Positions 27,801-42,475 are shown, counted from the stretch's first letter. The stretch is 64,000 nt of DNA from Lingula anatina (GCA_051362555.1 CM120641.1:21452001-21516000); one strand, 5' to 3'. Numbers and translations: made by a program. The notes: generated from the letters alone by a model not told the origin.

Positions 27801-30800
27801 CATTGATATTGTAAAACTCATTTTTCTCTGCCATTGTTACTGCTTGCATATTTGCTGTATACTTATTAACCAATGTCTTATTTTACAGGTCTGGAGGAGC
27901 AAATCCTGTGGCTGCTACTGGTGTAGAGGTTCCAAAGGTATCTTCATTTTAAGTTATAGTATTATTTAACTGTGGCACAGTGTTAAAGAGGCATCTAGAA
28001 CTCAGTACAAGCATGTTTTTCTAGTTCTGTAAATTCTCCCACAATATGAAAAATTATGTCAAAAAGCTGGGGTGATGCTAGCTTTTTTTTTTTTAGTTTA
28101 GTTATAAATTACTACTTTTTCATCACTTTTTTCTCCAAATGGTTTAAATTTGACTAAAATAAGTCAAGTTAACCCTTTTTTGTTTAGCCAATAGTCAGTT
28201 TTAGCATTTGGCTAAATTGGCCAGTGTTAGAGCTACCCCAGTAAGTGTCCTTTTTAATGAACAATGTCAGTAATATAACCATTCATTCTGGACTTTAATA
28301 CATCTATAATTTTTTTGCTTATAGAAATTAAAGTCTGTTCTAAAATTAATTGTTGTGACTATTTTCAGTTGTCTCTCTCAGAAGAGCAGCATGCATTAAT
28401 CAGGAAGGCTGCAGAAGAGATCCAGTTGAAGGGCCTTTCAGGTATCACCACTTTTGTAGGTGGAGCCTCTGCACAGGATGATGCACATTCCTCTGACCTG
28501 GCTGATTTACCTTATGCTGGAGATAGGAATGTAAGTTGGAGGTTATTATTAATAAATTGTGAAGAATTAAAAATATCCTTTGACCAGTTTGTATATAAGT
28601 TTTATTTTGATTCTCTTTTGAAATGATCTCAGTAAATGTCTTGCTCTGCAAACTCTTTTTTATGTAAACTGACTTATTTTGATTGAATTCTTGTATGATG
28701 CAAATCATTTTGGCACTTCAGATCACAGAAAAAGGTTTTGGTGCTTCATACCGCTATGATGATGTTCCTGGCAGATATGAGGTTCAAGTCAATTTTGCTT
28801 TGATGTATTATGATGAGCTTCAGTTGAAAACTCAGAAAACTCATTCAAACTCGGAGACATTTCTCTCTTTACTTAGATTTAGTATAATTGGTTTAAGTTC
28901 TAGTTAGATAGTTACATGTATGTGGTTTAAAAACCCAGAATTTGTAAGTCTGTAATGACAGTTCTTGGTAAGACATAAGGTAGTGCAGTTACATCAGTAA
29001 AAACTGCATTCTTCATATTGGCCCTTATACCTTTAAACTTGATAAATTTACATTATTTCATTTATTTACTTTTGATTTTTGCAGGATGAAAGGCATGGTT
29101 ACTTACCGCCAAGAGACTTACCAGAAGACATATATCGGAGACCACCTGGGAGGGATCCTTATGAAGACGACTTATATGGTCGTCCCCGGTTACCTCCTCC
29201 TCCCCATGATCCTTTGTTCGATGACTTGAGAAGAGATCCTTATGATAGGAGAGGCCCACTATACGATCCATTAGGACCTCCAAGGGGAAGGTACATTCTC
29301 CTTGAACTTTAAACATTATCTCAATATCCATCAGTAACATATGATTTAGGAACACTGTGAGAATTACGTCATTATATTGATAGCAAAAAAAAAAATTTTT
29401 CTGGTTATTTCAACACTTTCCCTAAATCACCAAGGTACACCTTATACAAAACGGTTCTCAGAAGTCTAATCAATAAACCCATATCTGAATTTAAAGAAGC
29501 TAGTCTCTGAGTCTTGTTATGGTTATAGAATTGACTGGATGCATTAAAGGTTAGAAATTTAGCACTCCAAAATGGATTTATGGATCATCATGTTCTCAAC
29601 AGGTTCTCAGGTGCTAAAATTTTGATTTAATTCATGGCTATGTAAATTTCTTATGTATGTTTCATGCTTTTATCTTAGTGTATTTGTTCTCAAATTATCA
29701 TTATAAAGGAAATCTTTATTGTGTTTTATCTCAGTGGAGATGAAAAAAGTACATTGAATAAACTGGTCCTATTGACCAGGTGTACATGATTCTTTTGAAA
29801 GTGTTGGGCTGAAAATACCTTTAACCTCTGTGTTTGCCTTTCAGAGAATTTGATAGACTCTTGCCACCTCCACCAACAAGGGACAGATTGCTCTATGATG
29901 AGTACAGATACAGAGATCCATACAGGTATTCTCCACTGCCACGTCCACCACCAACTAGAGGTAAGATATGACGTGTGATGCTATATTTACTTTGATTTTA
30001 TTCCTTTTGGTCAGAACAGTTTCATTTTTTTTATTCTGTACATTCCCAAGACTCTGCTCAGTGTGCTTAAAACTTCTAAATTTTGACCCAGTGCATAATT
30101 GATCTTTCTGTTGTAACATTTAACAATTATGTGAGGTTAATTAACTTTTTCAGAAGGAGACACACTATTATAAGTAAAGGGTTTCTTGTCCTTCTTGATT
30201 GTGTAAAATGACAAGAACAGACATGACTATGTAACTGTGTTTACTCTAGGGCTTTGGTTTCTATTTTTTGATAACCAGATGTCTTTGTCAGTCTATTATT
30301 TTTTTGCACAACCTGATATAATGTTTTTTATCCTTTACACCATCAGGTTATGGTTATCTCCCAGCACCCCCTCCTCTGCCTCCTCTGGCACCCAGGTCTG
30401 CTCCAGAAGTTATTGACTATGGGCATCAAGGCTCTGTAATGAAAGAAAAAGGTAAGAGATTGATTATATAATCCATAATGTAAGTTATATTTACCACAGT
30501 GTTTGCAAGAGTCCTTTTTTTTTTTTTTTTTTTTTTTGTAATAGAAGTATTATATATATATATATATAATTTTTTTTTTGTAATGGAAGTATTATAGAAA
30601 TATCATGTAAAATAGTGTGAATCAATATATAAAGTTGTTGATTTTTGACATATAATTAATTTTAATTCACTTATTTTGCAATTTCCTTGCCAATTGGCAT
30701 TATTGTATTATAACCTTTGGGCTTATTTACTATTCTTTCGTATTTCTACAGAAAAGGAAATAATAGACTATGGCCATGGGAGTGGTAGTGGAAGCAGCAC

Positions 30801-33800
30801 TGCTGTGGATGATTATTTTTCCAAGGAGCTTATAAGAGAGAGAGGTATGGACTAGTCTACTGAGATAAGATACAAAAATAAATTAGGTTGATAATTTTGA
30901 ACATGATTCTGCTCTATATATTGCTATAATATTTTACAGATTATATTAAATTTTAGTTTTGCAAAGTCTATATGAAAAAAAAAAACTTGAAAATTATTTA
31001 TTGTTCTCTAATTTATAAAGGACTCTGTGCAATAGAAATAAAGATTATGAAAAAATGCCTATTTTTTGTTCTTTGTAGATGACCCTTACTATAATAGGCC
31101 ATTAGATGATCGGTTGTCCAGAGATATTGACCGGGGCAGGCCCAGGGAGAGAAGTAGAAGTCGAGAAAGAGACTGGGACAGACTACGAGATAGGGACAGA
31201 GAGAGAGACAGAGGAAGAGAAAGGAGCAGGGAGAGGGATAGGAGTAGGGAGAGAGAGAGAATCAGAGATATTGACAGAGGCAGAGATATTGATAGAAGTA
31301 GAGATCGGGATAGGTACACAAGAGACAGGTAAGATCTGACTTGGCTATCTGTCTGCATATATGCAATCGGGTAATATTTTTATTACTTTTGTTCTACCAC
31401 TTCTCTGTGAACAATGTAGTGATGACAGATTACATAATCTTTTTTTTAGAATTTCTTAATGAAATGAAGTTTCTCTTTCCAATTTTGTGAAAGAGATTAA
31501 CATCATGCAAAAATAGTGTAAATACTTTGTACAGGTAGAAACCCAGAAATGTACATTATCACTTGTTCAGTGTTGTATTTGCCTACAATTACTCTTCTAT
31601 CCTGTGAATTGCTGAATGATGCATATATTAATTATATTATGATAACATTTAATGAAAAGTATATATTTGGACAGGCATGCAGCAAGCTTGAGACCACCAA
31701 GGGATCCCTATCCTGCTCCAGGCGAAAGAAGTACTTCTTATGGTCACCATTCTTCACCTGTACCCCATAGCGTAAGAGATGAACCAAAGCCAGAGACAGT
31801 GAACATCATCGATATACTGTATAACCCCGGCAGAAAGACCAGACCTGCTAATATTGTTATTATCCTGCGAGGTCTGCCAGGGTCTGGGAAGACCTATATC
31901 AGCAAATTGATCAGGGTAAAGATTTTACCATCTTCCAGTGCATGAATTGTTAATGTTCTCAGTCAAAAGGTTTGTGGCTGTGATTGTCCTTTGTCAATCT
32001 AGGTCACAGTTTATTAAGTCTCAAACGCTTGGGCTCTTTGAGTGCTTTGTTTGCTGTGTGTGTGTGTATAATAGAAGTATTCAGTTTTATTCATTTTGTA
32101 CTATTTAGCTGGGTATCCTGTGGTTAGTAGGTATTGCTTTTCATTTTTAAAGGATATTGATCTGAATGCAAAGTTGGTTCTGAAAATATAGATATTTTTA
32201 GAGAGTCTAAAACCAGTTGAGCCAAAAGATGTATAATTTTTTAACTCCACTGAATATGACAGATTGGTATGTTTTTACATAGGACAAAGAAACTGCCCAT
32301 GGAGGCCATGCTCCAAGACTACTGAACCTGGATGACTATTTCATGGTGGAAGTTGAGAAGACAGAGAAGGATCCAGAAACAGGCAAGAGAGTCAAAGTAA
32401 AGGTAAGAGGGTTTTTTTTCCAGAAAATTAAAGATGCTTTGTTATTCAGATATTTTTATGGTTCACATATTGATTGCTCTACTATTGAGTGGTTCCTACC
32501 TTGCCTTTAATCTTTGCCTCCTTCATAATTGATATTTTGTTTAAGTCTGATATTTTTTTAATTATATTTGCCATGGCTTCATCTCTATATCTTAGGTGAT
32601 GGAGTATGAATATGAGCCAGAATTGGAGGAAAGCTACAGGCAGAGTTTGTTAAAGAGTTTCAAGAAGACCATAGATGATGGATTTTTCCCATTCATTATT
32701 GTTGATGCTGTAAATGATAGAATCCGATATTTTGAAGAATTTTGGAGTTATGCCAAGTCAAAAGGGTTTCAGGTAAGATATTTTTTCATTCCTTTTTCAT
32801 TCTAATCACAGAAAATATGGTACAGAAAAAAATAACACATTGATTGTTGATACTGTTATGTTTTTTTTTTTTTTTAAGAAACGTATGTTTGATTCTTACT
32901 TTAAAAAATAACCTTTTTATTTTGTTTTTCAGGTGTATATAGCTAGAATAGAAGGTGATGTTGCAACATGTGCCAAGCGGAACACATACAACAGAACACA
33001 AAAAGAGATACAAAAGGTTTTACAGGATTTTTCTCACTACTAAATCACTACTAAGTTATACATAAAATTAATACCAAGTGCTTTTGGTGCCAGAAGTTAT
33101 TTTACCCTTTTTTAACTTAAAACATCTTCTTTTCTTTTAATTTTAACATATAACAGTCAAATTCATATAACAGTCAAATTCTGAAGACCAAGATATTGAT
33201 TAAGTGAAAATGCCCAAATAATTCAAAACTTATACATGGAATTTAACAAATGTTATCCTTTTTTCTATGGACAGCAGGATAGCATTGTAATCTCCTTCAG
33301 GTTTAGGTAAAGCTTTTGATAAGTGTATTTTTGTATGTTTAAGCTTCTGGACAGATGGGAAAAGACACCTTCTCACTTTCTCAGGCTCGATGTCAGACCA
33401 CTGCTTCAAGAAGGATCCATTCAAGAGGTGAGGTGGAAAATATTTCATTCTATCTGATAAAGTAATTTTTGCCTCGCTAATTACAGAAGAAAAGTAATTT
33501 CTCAAATGTTTTTTCAAATAGACATGTTTTGACTGTAGCAAAGATATCATTATTTGAGCATAAAACACAAACTGTTGAAATTACTGAAATTTCGTTCAGG
33601 TCGAAATGGAAGATTTTAGTGAAGAAACAACCAGATCTGATGTTGCATCACAAAAGAAGGAGGAAGAAGAGGAGGAAGAGGAAGTTTCAGGGGTATGCCT
33701 TTTGCCAAATACTGCAACATTATCTCTCTCAGGCAGGGTAGCCATGTATTCCCAGCCTGTCTTTCCATGAGGTAGAGAAGTTTGTGTATGCCATGGCTCA

Positions 33801-34107
33801 CAAAGAATATTGGAACTAGCCCTAGAGATAGTTTTATGTATACAGGGTCACATAATTATATTGGAATTATTCCTAAAATAGTTTAAACATACAGTAGCTC
33901 ACAGAAGTTTATTGAAAATAGCCACAAAAGAGCTGCCCTTATATGCACTAGGTCAGAAATATATTCCCCAAACTGTTCCCCCAACAGAAGGAATCCTTCA
34001 CAGAATGTTTCCCCAATCCTTAAAGATCTGGCAATCCTACAACATAATTCAGAAAGCGTACCCTATTTTTCTTAGAAATATGTGGGATGATGTTATTATT
34101 ATTTTAA

Positions 34108-34142
<35 letters not shown>

Positions 34143-37100
34143 AATGGGGGGTATAGATTTAATATAAGTAGCACTAAACTGTGCCCAAGTGCTTGTATTT
34201 TTGCTTAGATCAGGGTAGGGGGATAAGAATTTTTTTCACTGATGGTGTGGTGAGTATGCAGGTTTTATTGAACATGTAAATTGGGTAAGGGACTGGGAGC
34301 TTAGAAGAATGTGAGATAGAAATGTAAGTATAACAATCATACTCGCTGTTGGTAAGTATGCTAGGTTTTTCACCATATCTATATTGGCAAATCAGGTAAG
34401 AGACAGGTAACTGAGCTTGTGAGGAAATGGCAGAGAACGGAAATGATGGTAAGTAGAAATTTAACTATCTTCAAGAATTATGAAGAGTCCAGGAATGCAG
34501 GTATTCAGGTAGAGTAAAATTGATCTTTTTTACGTAAACCACATAAAGGTCTTTTCTTAGAGGAGGCCATGTTTTCCTAGACTGAAAGCCCCAAACAGTA
34601 CCCAAAACAACAGATGATATTGGTTTCTCCTCTCTCATACATTACATTGGTTTGATCATCACTTATTATGAATGGCAACAATAACAATGGGTCTTCTTTT
34701 TACAAATACAGTATTTGATACTGGTTGCTGCTGGATAAATTGTTTAATATTATTATGCCAATGACAAAGCAAGCCCTGTCACATATTATACCCCATTCGT
34801 TCTTCGCTTATGTTAAAGTTTTGAGTTTGATATGTACAAGTTTGCACTTTTACAAAAAAGTGTGATGACTGTCGCAGTGTATATAAAGATTTGGGCATTA
34901 TCAAGCTCTTTATTTAAAGTTTATTCATTTATTTATTTATTGTCAGAGAATTGTTGAAGATTCAGTGTGATATAGCATGTGTGAGATAATTGTTTGACTT
35001 TCTATATGAATTTTGAACCTGTTTGAACCTGCAAGAGTAGGCTTATCTTACTTGTAAATCTAAATATTTGGCCCAAATACAACATTAATGATACTGAACT
35101 GAAAATGTCAGGGATAGAGGAAATCTTCAGTGACATTTTACTGAAGGTTTCTATGATAGAAAAAAATGTCAAAAAATCATAAATTAAGGTTTTGCAGTGG
35201 AAATCCCTTAAGTAGTATAAATCGGGAGAATATTTTTAAAAAATTGATTTAAGAAACTAAGAAATATGTTAAATTTTGAATTTTGTTTCTTTGCATTGTA
35301 GTATTTCCTTTGGCACACGAAAAAGCTGAACAGCTATTTTCTTGTACCCTTAATAATAGGATGTTGTCATATCCTGACAAAATGTAAAAAAATTATCAAC
35401 TTCAGCAGTCAGGAAGAAGACAAAAAAATGCTTAATAATGTCTGGAATTCAATATTTGGAATACCATTCCTGTATTAAGTGCCAGTTGACTGTTTTTAAA
35501 GCTACTAGTCAACACTTCTATGTTCCAGAAGAAATATCATGCAGTTGTGTAAAAGAAAATTTCGTTTAAATGTGGTGAATACTTTTTTGAGGTAGATTCA
35601 ATTTTTGGTGTATTTAATTTTTTTTTCTGAACCACCAGATATATATGTGTAAATATGTGTATGTTGAGATTACCTTTATTGCCATGTGATTTTCAAGTCC
35701 ACACTGTGAATATGAGTGCTTGTTTTCTAAATAGTGCGTCAACACTCTTTAGATACTGTAACATTTTCTCTATCACATCAAAGCTGTGTTATAGATCTAT
35801 GGAAACATAGTGTATTAAGATTTCCTGAATACAAACATAATGAAATGGTGATCACATTGAAGCGCACTGTATTAGTGTAGAAGCACTTCTTTTAAGACAC
35901 TGACAGTTTGGGTCTGAAAAAGGTGTCCCTCATTAATGCTGAGAGAACGAACAGGCCAAACACAATGAGTCTCTGTTTAAGTGCTTTATCTGTATCCCGG
36001 AGCAGGTTTCACAAAAAACTTAGCCCCCAAATTGATTGAAACTTTAATACCAATAATTTGGTCTACTTCAGTTTGAGTTAATTCTTTAAAAATTCACTTA
36101 AGTAAAATTTTGTCTTTCTTGCTATAAGGCGGACACAACATTTCATACTATTAATTAGTTTTGAATCCAAGTAGACTACATTTTTTGTCTAAAAGTTGAG
36201 ACCAATTTTCAGCTTCTTTTGTGAAACAAGGCCCTTGTAATTGTATGATATGGCTGTAATAGCTCAAATAACTATGAAATGCCATTGATCAGGACAATGG
36301 AAGCACACTTTTAATTTATCATACAAGATGTGTTACATGTGTGTAGCATTTCTAACTGATTAACATTTTCAGGGACACGCATAAGGCAGGCTTCTCCATA
36401 TTACAGCAGAGAAGATAGCATAAGGATTTTGAGTCCAAGGCTGGAGTCATTTCTGTCAAATGATTATTTGTATAATTTGATTGTTTAGGCTTTTTTCCAG
36501 GTTCTTTTCAATTCCATGGTTTATGTGTGAATTCTGTCTACCTTAAATTTTTACCAAGAATTTCAGGGAATTTGTATAACTGGAAGAATTTTACAGTATC
36601 TAACCTTTCAAGATATATCACTACATTAGGTATACATGAAGAGCAAGTGGGAATTAGATACATCTGAGGAAAGACTAGGTAAGTCATACAGACTATTAGT
36701 TTTGAGCTAAGAGTTCACTGATATGGTTTTTTTATCCATGGATATATTTTATCATGTATCACTAGAATGTTTCAAAAAATATGATAAATTGAAAAAATAG
36801 TATTTTGAACCCTGCACTAATTATTAAGAAACACATAGCCTGATATTCCCCTCTGCAGGGGAGATGAGGAAAGACCCAATGTGTTATAACATATTACTGT
36901 GCCATGTGCTGTTCTGAATGAACTCTTATTCACATATTTTCTGAAGTAACATGCATTTGAATTTCTATTATACATATACAGTGTTGATCTGTACACATTA
37001 AAGTTGATATTTCGTTCACCTGGCCAAATGTGACCAAAAGATTGAACATAAAGTATTATGCCTCCATCCCCCCTTCCCCTTTTCTAGTCTTTCTGAAATA

Positions 37101-39512
37101 GATTTGATTGGGATTATCTTATCCATCTGTCAATTGAGATAATTGATGGTAGATGAATGAAGTGCAGACTCCTGTTATTGTGCTTATGAAACCCTACCCT
37201 GTCACAACTTAATTGGCGTATATCTGAGGAACTTGCGGTTGTTTTTATGACGCGAGGCCACGCAAACGGAAATGGAAGAGTTCTGTTCGCCTGCAGTTCA
37301 GCTGAATTTTTTTTCATCATTTAATGATTTACCCGATGATAAGTTTTTAGTAATAAAACGGCCTTTTTGTGCTGGCACATTGGGAAGATGGAATAGTTCA
37401 TGCTGTGCAGTGAAAATTCGAACCATGCAGTAAAGACATTGTATTTATTTGGTGAATTCAAAAATTAAACCTGCATAGATTTTGCTTCTACTGAAATTAA
37501 AAGTAGATGAAAGAAGCCAACAAAGACACTCTAAAAGAGATAATTGTGGTAGGATCAATCTGCAGTTCAGATGGAACATATTCATTTCTTCTTATAATAA
37601 AGATTAATTTAATTGATTTTATATTATCCATCTATTGTTGTGCAATGTGCAACCTAACACTTAAGCAAGTGTAAAACAAGTATTGTTACATTAAATTTGA
37701 AATGAAACACACACCTTGCTGAATAAAAGAGAAGAATTAAAATAAGGCATTTGTTGATGTTTTCAAACCTCAGGCTCTTAAAAATCTGCTAAGAACAACT
37801 GATTTCTGTTCATAGTATGGATTTTTATGGAACAGGAAGACAGCATTGATTCTTTCAAGATGCTTCATTTCATACACATTTGTCATTTGTGCCCTTAAAT
37901 GTTTTTACACGTGTCTTAGTTATACCAGGTTTCTAATTATATGCAGTGATGTCTATTTAAAATGCAAACACCTTCATGCCAAGCAGTATGAAAAGAGGTT
38001 TGAATGATAAAGATTTTGTTTATTTCTCCCTATAAGATCAATATATGGAGAATTCCAGATTCCATTAGTATCTTCCTTTCATATATTTCTGTTATCCCTA
38101 ATAGAAGTAGCAACTGATTCTTGACAATTTCAAAGAATATGCGAAATAGTTTTGGAGGAGTACAGTCCAGGATTCGTGCCTTTTTTTTATTGCCCGTCAC
38201 AGAAAGCGTCGCTGATTGCCCATCACAGAAGGCATCGCTGATAACTTAAACTGGACTAAAAGCACTATTTTTACTGGAGTTAAAGAAGGATCGTCATTTG
38301 TATCCATTTCAAGGAACTCAGTCGTGGTTACTTTATCGATATTTTACCAGCGACTTATAAAAGTGGTCTGCGGTCATTGTATTCAGCATTGTGAATTTAA
38401 AAGATTACTTAAAGTTGAATACGATGACATTGTAACTAAGTTCCCAACTTTGATTTTCAATGAAATTTCAATTCAAAATTTTATCAATTTTATTGCTACT
38501 ACTCTTCCATCATGCATAAAAATTGTATTGCATAAACGATCCCCTTACACTACGTAAAGATCAGTTGATTAAAACATTTGTTTTACAAAACTATTAAAAT
38601 ACTTAATGTATGTTTTATGGATATTTGCCTCCACATTTTATTGCAAAATAAAACCTTTGTCACATGAATCTGTATAGATGTTATCTCATGCATGTATATA
38701 ATTTGCATCTGTTAATATTTATATACTTAAGATGTGATCTTGCTTAATATTTTTAAAAAATTATCATGTTATTATGTACAAAACAAGATTTCCCTTACTT
38801 GTTAAACTTATAATAAGAAAGAAAAGTTAAAAGAGTAGGCAAATGTAAATATCAGTTTTACTCCCATTATTCATGTGGCCAGCTGATGTACTAGGACATT
38901 TTTCATTACTTATTTTAGACAAACTGGATGGGCTTCGTGTGGGGAAGAGGAAGCGTGAGCCATCTCCGCAAAGGTTAGAAGACTACCTACAACTTCCAGA
39001 TGACTATGACTCCAGAACTTCAAAGCCAGGGCAGAAGAGAGTGAGTATAAAATTTCAACCTCAGTTATAAAGTATACCCAAAGTCTGACAATTGATGATA
39101 TCATGATACGTTTTTTGCATTTCTCTGTTGTAAGAACATATATTCTTTGGGATGGGAGGTGGGGTTGGTGCAAGGGACAGTTGAAAAATGCACAAAGATG
39201 ACTGGATTAGCCAAATCGAACATATATTTACCAATTTTCACTTAGGACAGTAATATTATAGAGACTAATGATGTGAATAGAAAACTGTACCTAACTCTAT
39301 GGGTACATTACTTTCTGTTATGTTAGTACTCTATACCAGAGGGCCATACCAAATATGCACTTCTTTCATAGGTACGCTGGGCAGACATTGAGGAGAAACG
39401 CCACCAGTTGAGACGGCGTGAACTTGGCTTTATAGTAGGGCAGACAGACTGGGAGCGCATAACAGATGACACCTATGCTGACAGACTTTTGAATCAAACC
39501 AAGTATATCTAG
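24804..39512 (+). CDS. YLPM1: YLP motif-containing protein 1 (ZAP3), about 1396 aa, 21 coding exons
   Basis: Phase-consistent exons: 24804-25172, 25478-25622, 25924-26022, 26282-27707, 27889-27937, 28369-28530, 28722-28781 (weak donor), 29085-29290, 29845-29960, 30347-30451, 30752-30844, 31079-31328, 31675-31915, 32283-32402, 32596-32772, 32933-33016, 33344-33427, 33600-33692, 36630-36678, 38919-39040, 39372-39512. Pro/Gln-rich N-terminus, GPR-rich and RD/RE-rich regions, P-loop LRGLPGSGKT, MEYEYEPELEESYRQS, KSKWELDTSE, EDYLQLPDDYD, PP1-binding RVRW, and C-terminal GQTDWERITD...TKYI* as in human YLPM1. Confidence 0.95.
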
Positions 39513-41593
39513 TCTGGAATAAGGTGCACATATAATAAACACAGTAGACTGTAGAAGTACTTAATAATCAAAAAGCAAAAGAAAAATAGTGTTAATTTTA
39601 ATTAATTTTAATCTGTTTTGTAGTAGTCTGTAACTGGCATTTAAAAAAAAGCCTCTGGTAATTTATTAGTAAAAATTAAGATATTAATATTGTTACTCAC
39701 AGATGTAATAGTTATCATTTATTTTTGTTTATTTATTATTATTATTATTTTGTTAAGCATTTAGCTAATTTTATACCTGCTTGCAAATTCTAATGGAGCC
39801 TTCCTGGGCCTCTTGATTTCTAGTGAATCATGTTAATAAAACAACTGACTATTGAATCTGACATTGCACTGATGGGCTTTGTGTGTCATGATATCTTTTA
39901 ATGCACATCTTGTGTACTTTTTTTGTGCTGAAATAACAGTGGAGATGACTTGAAAATAAACATATTACTTTCAGTTTGATGAAGTGCATTTTTTTTTTTT
40001 CAGGTGACTGGTGAAGAGATGTTTACAAAGTTTTCTAGTGCAGAACTTGGCACCAAAGGAGAAAGCTTTTACTTTACCTGATCTCTCTGGTTTGAGGAAA
40101 ACCCCTGATCTGTTAGTAGTACCCTGTAACTGGCATTTTAGTGTTAAAGATGTGGGTTAAAAAGGTTAAAATTGCATTGTTAATGTTTTCATTTAATGAG
40201 GGGTTCCTTTTTTTAAAAAATTAAAAACAATCTGTAACTCCTCAAAAACTGTAAGGGAGCTACTGACTTCATTGATGCACAAAGATGTATCTATGAGGAT
40301 ATTAAAACTACAGATTAAAGTTCAAAGTCGGCTGAAATACTGAAAATGAATGGTAATGATAGTTATAATAATACTGAGGGATTTACCTGCAGATAATGTG
40401 TGTTGTATACTTAAGCTTCCTTTCAGATTTATTATTTGGGGAAATGCTGTATAACTGATTTGAAGTTTTATCACTGATAAAAAGAATGTTCATTTACAAA
40501 AGAAACAAGTGTCTTTGAAATTAAGTCAAGATTAGAATATATTTGTTGTATAACAAAATTACCTAGTATTCTCATCATGTGGAAATATTCATAAGGGAAA
40601 ACCTGGATTGTACTAAAACTAAGAATCTCTGTTACGTAGTTGATTCACAACTTTGATTCACTTGGTATCCACGATGTTGACTGGATCCTTTTATGATACA
40701 TTTTTATGATCCAAAGACGTCAGTGTTTAGCTTAATGACAAAAATGTGACTTGTTTACTTATGTAAGTCATAAAAGTGGTATCAAGTGACCATTATTATT
40801 TTATGTTGCAGAATAACTATTTAATGTATACCTATGTATTAAAGTAAAGAATGTAAATTTAACAATGTCCAACTGTTAACAATTCTACGAATTAAAGTCG
40901 CAAAATTCTCTTTGATTCTTAGTGCAAATGATTTTTAAAAGCATTTCAAAAATATATTTTGGTTAATAAAGGCAATGCAACAAACTGTATGTAAAATATT
41001 CATGCATGATCCATATTGAAATAAAATAGTTATATATATAGTTTGAGTTTTATTGCCCTCACTGTATTGTTTTTCAAAAATTATGAAGCTGGAATTGGTC
41101 TCCTCTTTGTAGGGTTGGGAGGTATAGCCAAAGTCCTTAAATTAGCAAGAAATTCAATTCAGATTTCTAAACGTTGGGTTTGCCAAGCTCTGTTCGTTTC
41201 TGTAAAAATGTGGCAACAGGAAAAATTAGTAAAGAAGGAAAATCAGTTTATTCGTATGGAATAACAATACTCTGTTATAGCATTACTGAATTAAGATAAG
41301 TTCAGTTGGAAAAAGATACATGTATTTTGGTTTAAATTTTTTACAATCAAATATAAATTGTTGTTGTTTTACTTGTTAAAACGAGGTACCAGTCTGCATC
41401 TAATGAGTTTCCATTCTATAATTATAAAACTTATAAAAATTTTCTTCAGCTTGTTCATTATCAACATTTTAGGAAACTGGGAGATAGCTTTTATTTTTAC
41501 AAAATTCAAACAAAGCAAGGATTTAATAATGTATGTAACTCTTAGAGATAAATTCTTATTTTGGAAACCATTCCTCTTGTCAGATGCAGTTAA

Positions 41594-41907
41594 AGGGATA
41601 ATAACTCTTCGTTTCGGCCAAAAAATGAATTTTCCTGGAGTAAACAACAATTTTCCCATACTTACCAATGGTTAATGAATCCATTTTACATTCAAAGTTA
41701 GTCCCTGGTTTTTTTTCTGAAAAGTTTGGTTTTTTGTTAGCTATCAATGGAGGTCACGTGGTCTAAAACCAAGCTCAGATATCAGAATAATAGCTATAAC
41801 TGCCATTTTTGTGGTAAAACAGAATATATTGTATTTCTACATTTATGAGTTATTCACAATGTTTTTATTTTTGAAATATAGATCTCATACGAAGAGTTAT
41901 TATCCCT
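41594..41907. mobile_element. TTAA-target non-autonomous DNA transposon (Kolobok-like MITE)
   Basis: TTAA|AGGGATAATAACTCTTCGT ... ACGAAGAGTTATTATCCCT|TTAA: a perfect 19-bp TIR with TTAA TSD and AG..CT termini. A second copy lies at 1332-1687. Confidence 0.8.
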
Positions 41908-42229
41908 TTAATCAAAAGAAATTGTACAGTTGTCTCTTGCTCCCCAAATACATGACACTACTTCTTCAAATTTCAAAGGGATTTGGAAATACATTTTCAT
42001 GTTCACATATTATTGTGATTACTATTTCTCTTTTTCATATATATTTGTAATGTTAAAAATTGCTATAATTAAATAAATTTAGACAGATAAAATTATAAGG
42101 GAATTCAAATACTCAGCTAAGCAAAGCAAAAAAGAAAAAAAAACACTTTTATTGTAAATCATCATAGGGCGTGCTGAATTTTACATCCTACGGATAATAA
42201 ATCGGAGAAAAAAATATTCCCAGCACTCA

Positions 42230-42475
42230 TTCATAGATGTCGCACCTGTAGCGCCACGCTTCTGTTTTCTGCGAGTGAAAAACCGGGTTATGATTGACGT
42301 CAACCAGACAACCTTCAAGGTTTTCTAAGTAGGTCATCCTACTAAAATCATTGCGACAAACTCAAAACATAATTTTATCTGTCATCACCAGTGTGTGATA
42401 CAGAATCACAAGCGATCGAAACTAGGACAACTGTTGACATCAGAAAAAGATTTTCCACGTTCTTTAGATAGTGTT
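42230..42475 (+). promoter_or_regulatory. Probable HIF-alpha upstream promoter / 5'UTR with a perfect CRE
   Basis: CpG-enriched stretch upstream of the ATG at 42476; TGACGTCA at 42295-42302. Confidence 0.45.

Noticed and set aside
31089-31358. Antisense Leu/Ser-rich ORF
   Set aside because: Shadow of the RD/RE dipeptide exon of YLPM1.
34862-35150. Possible box C/D snoRNA in a YLPM1 intron
   Set aside because: GTGATGA and CTGA motifs exist but not at a workable spacing with a terminal stem, and I recognise no rRNA guide.
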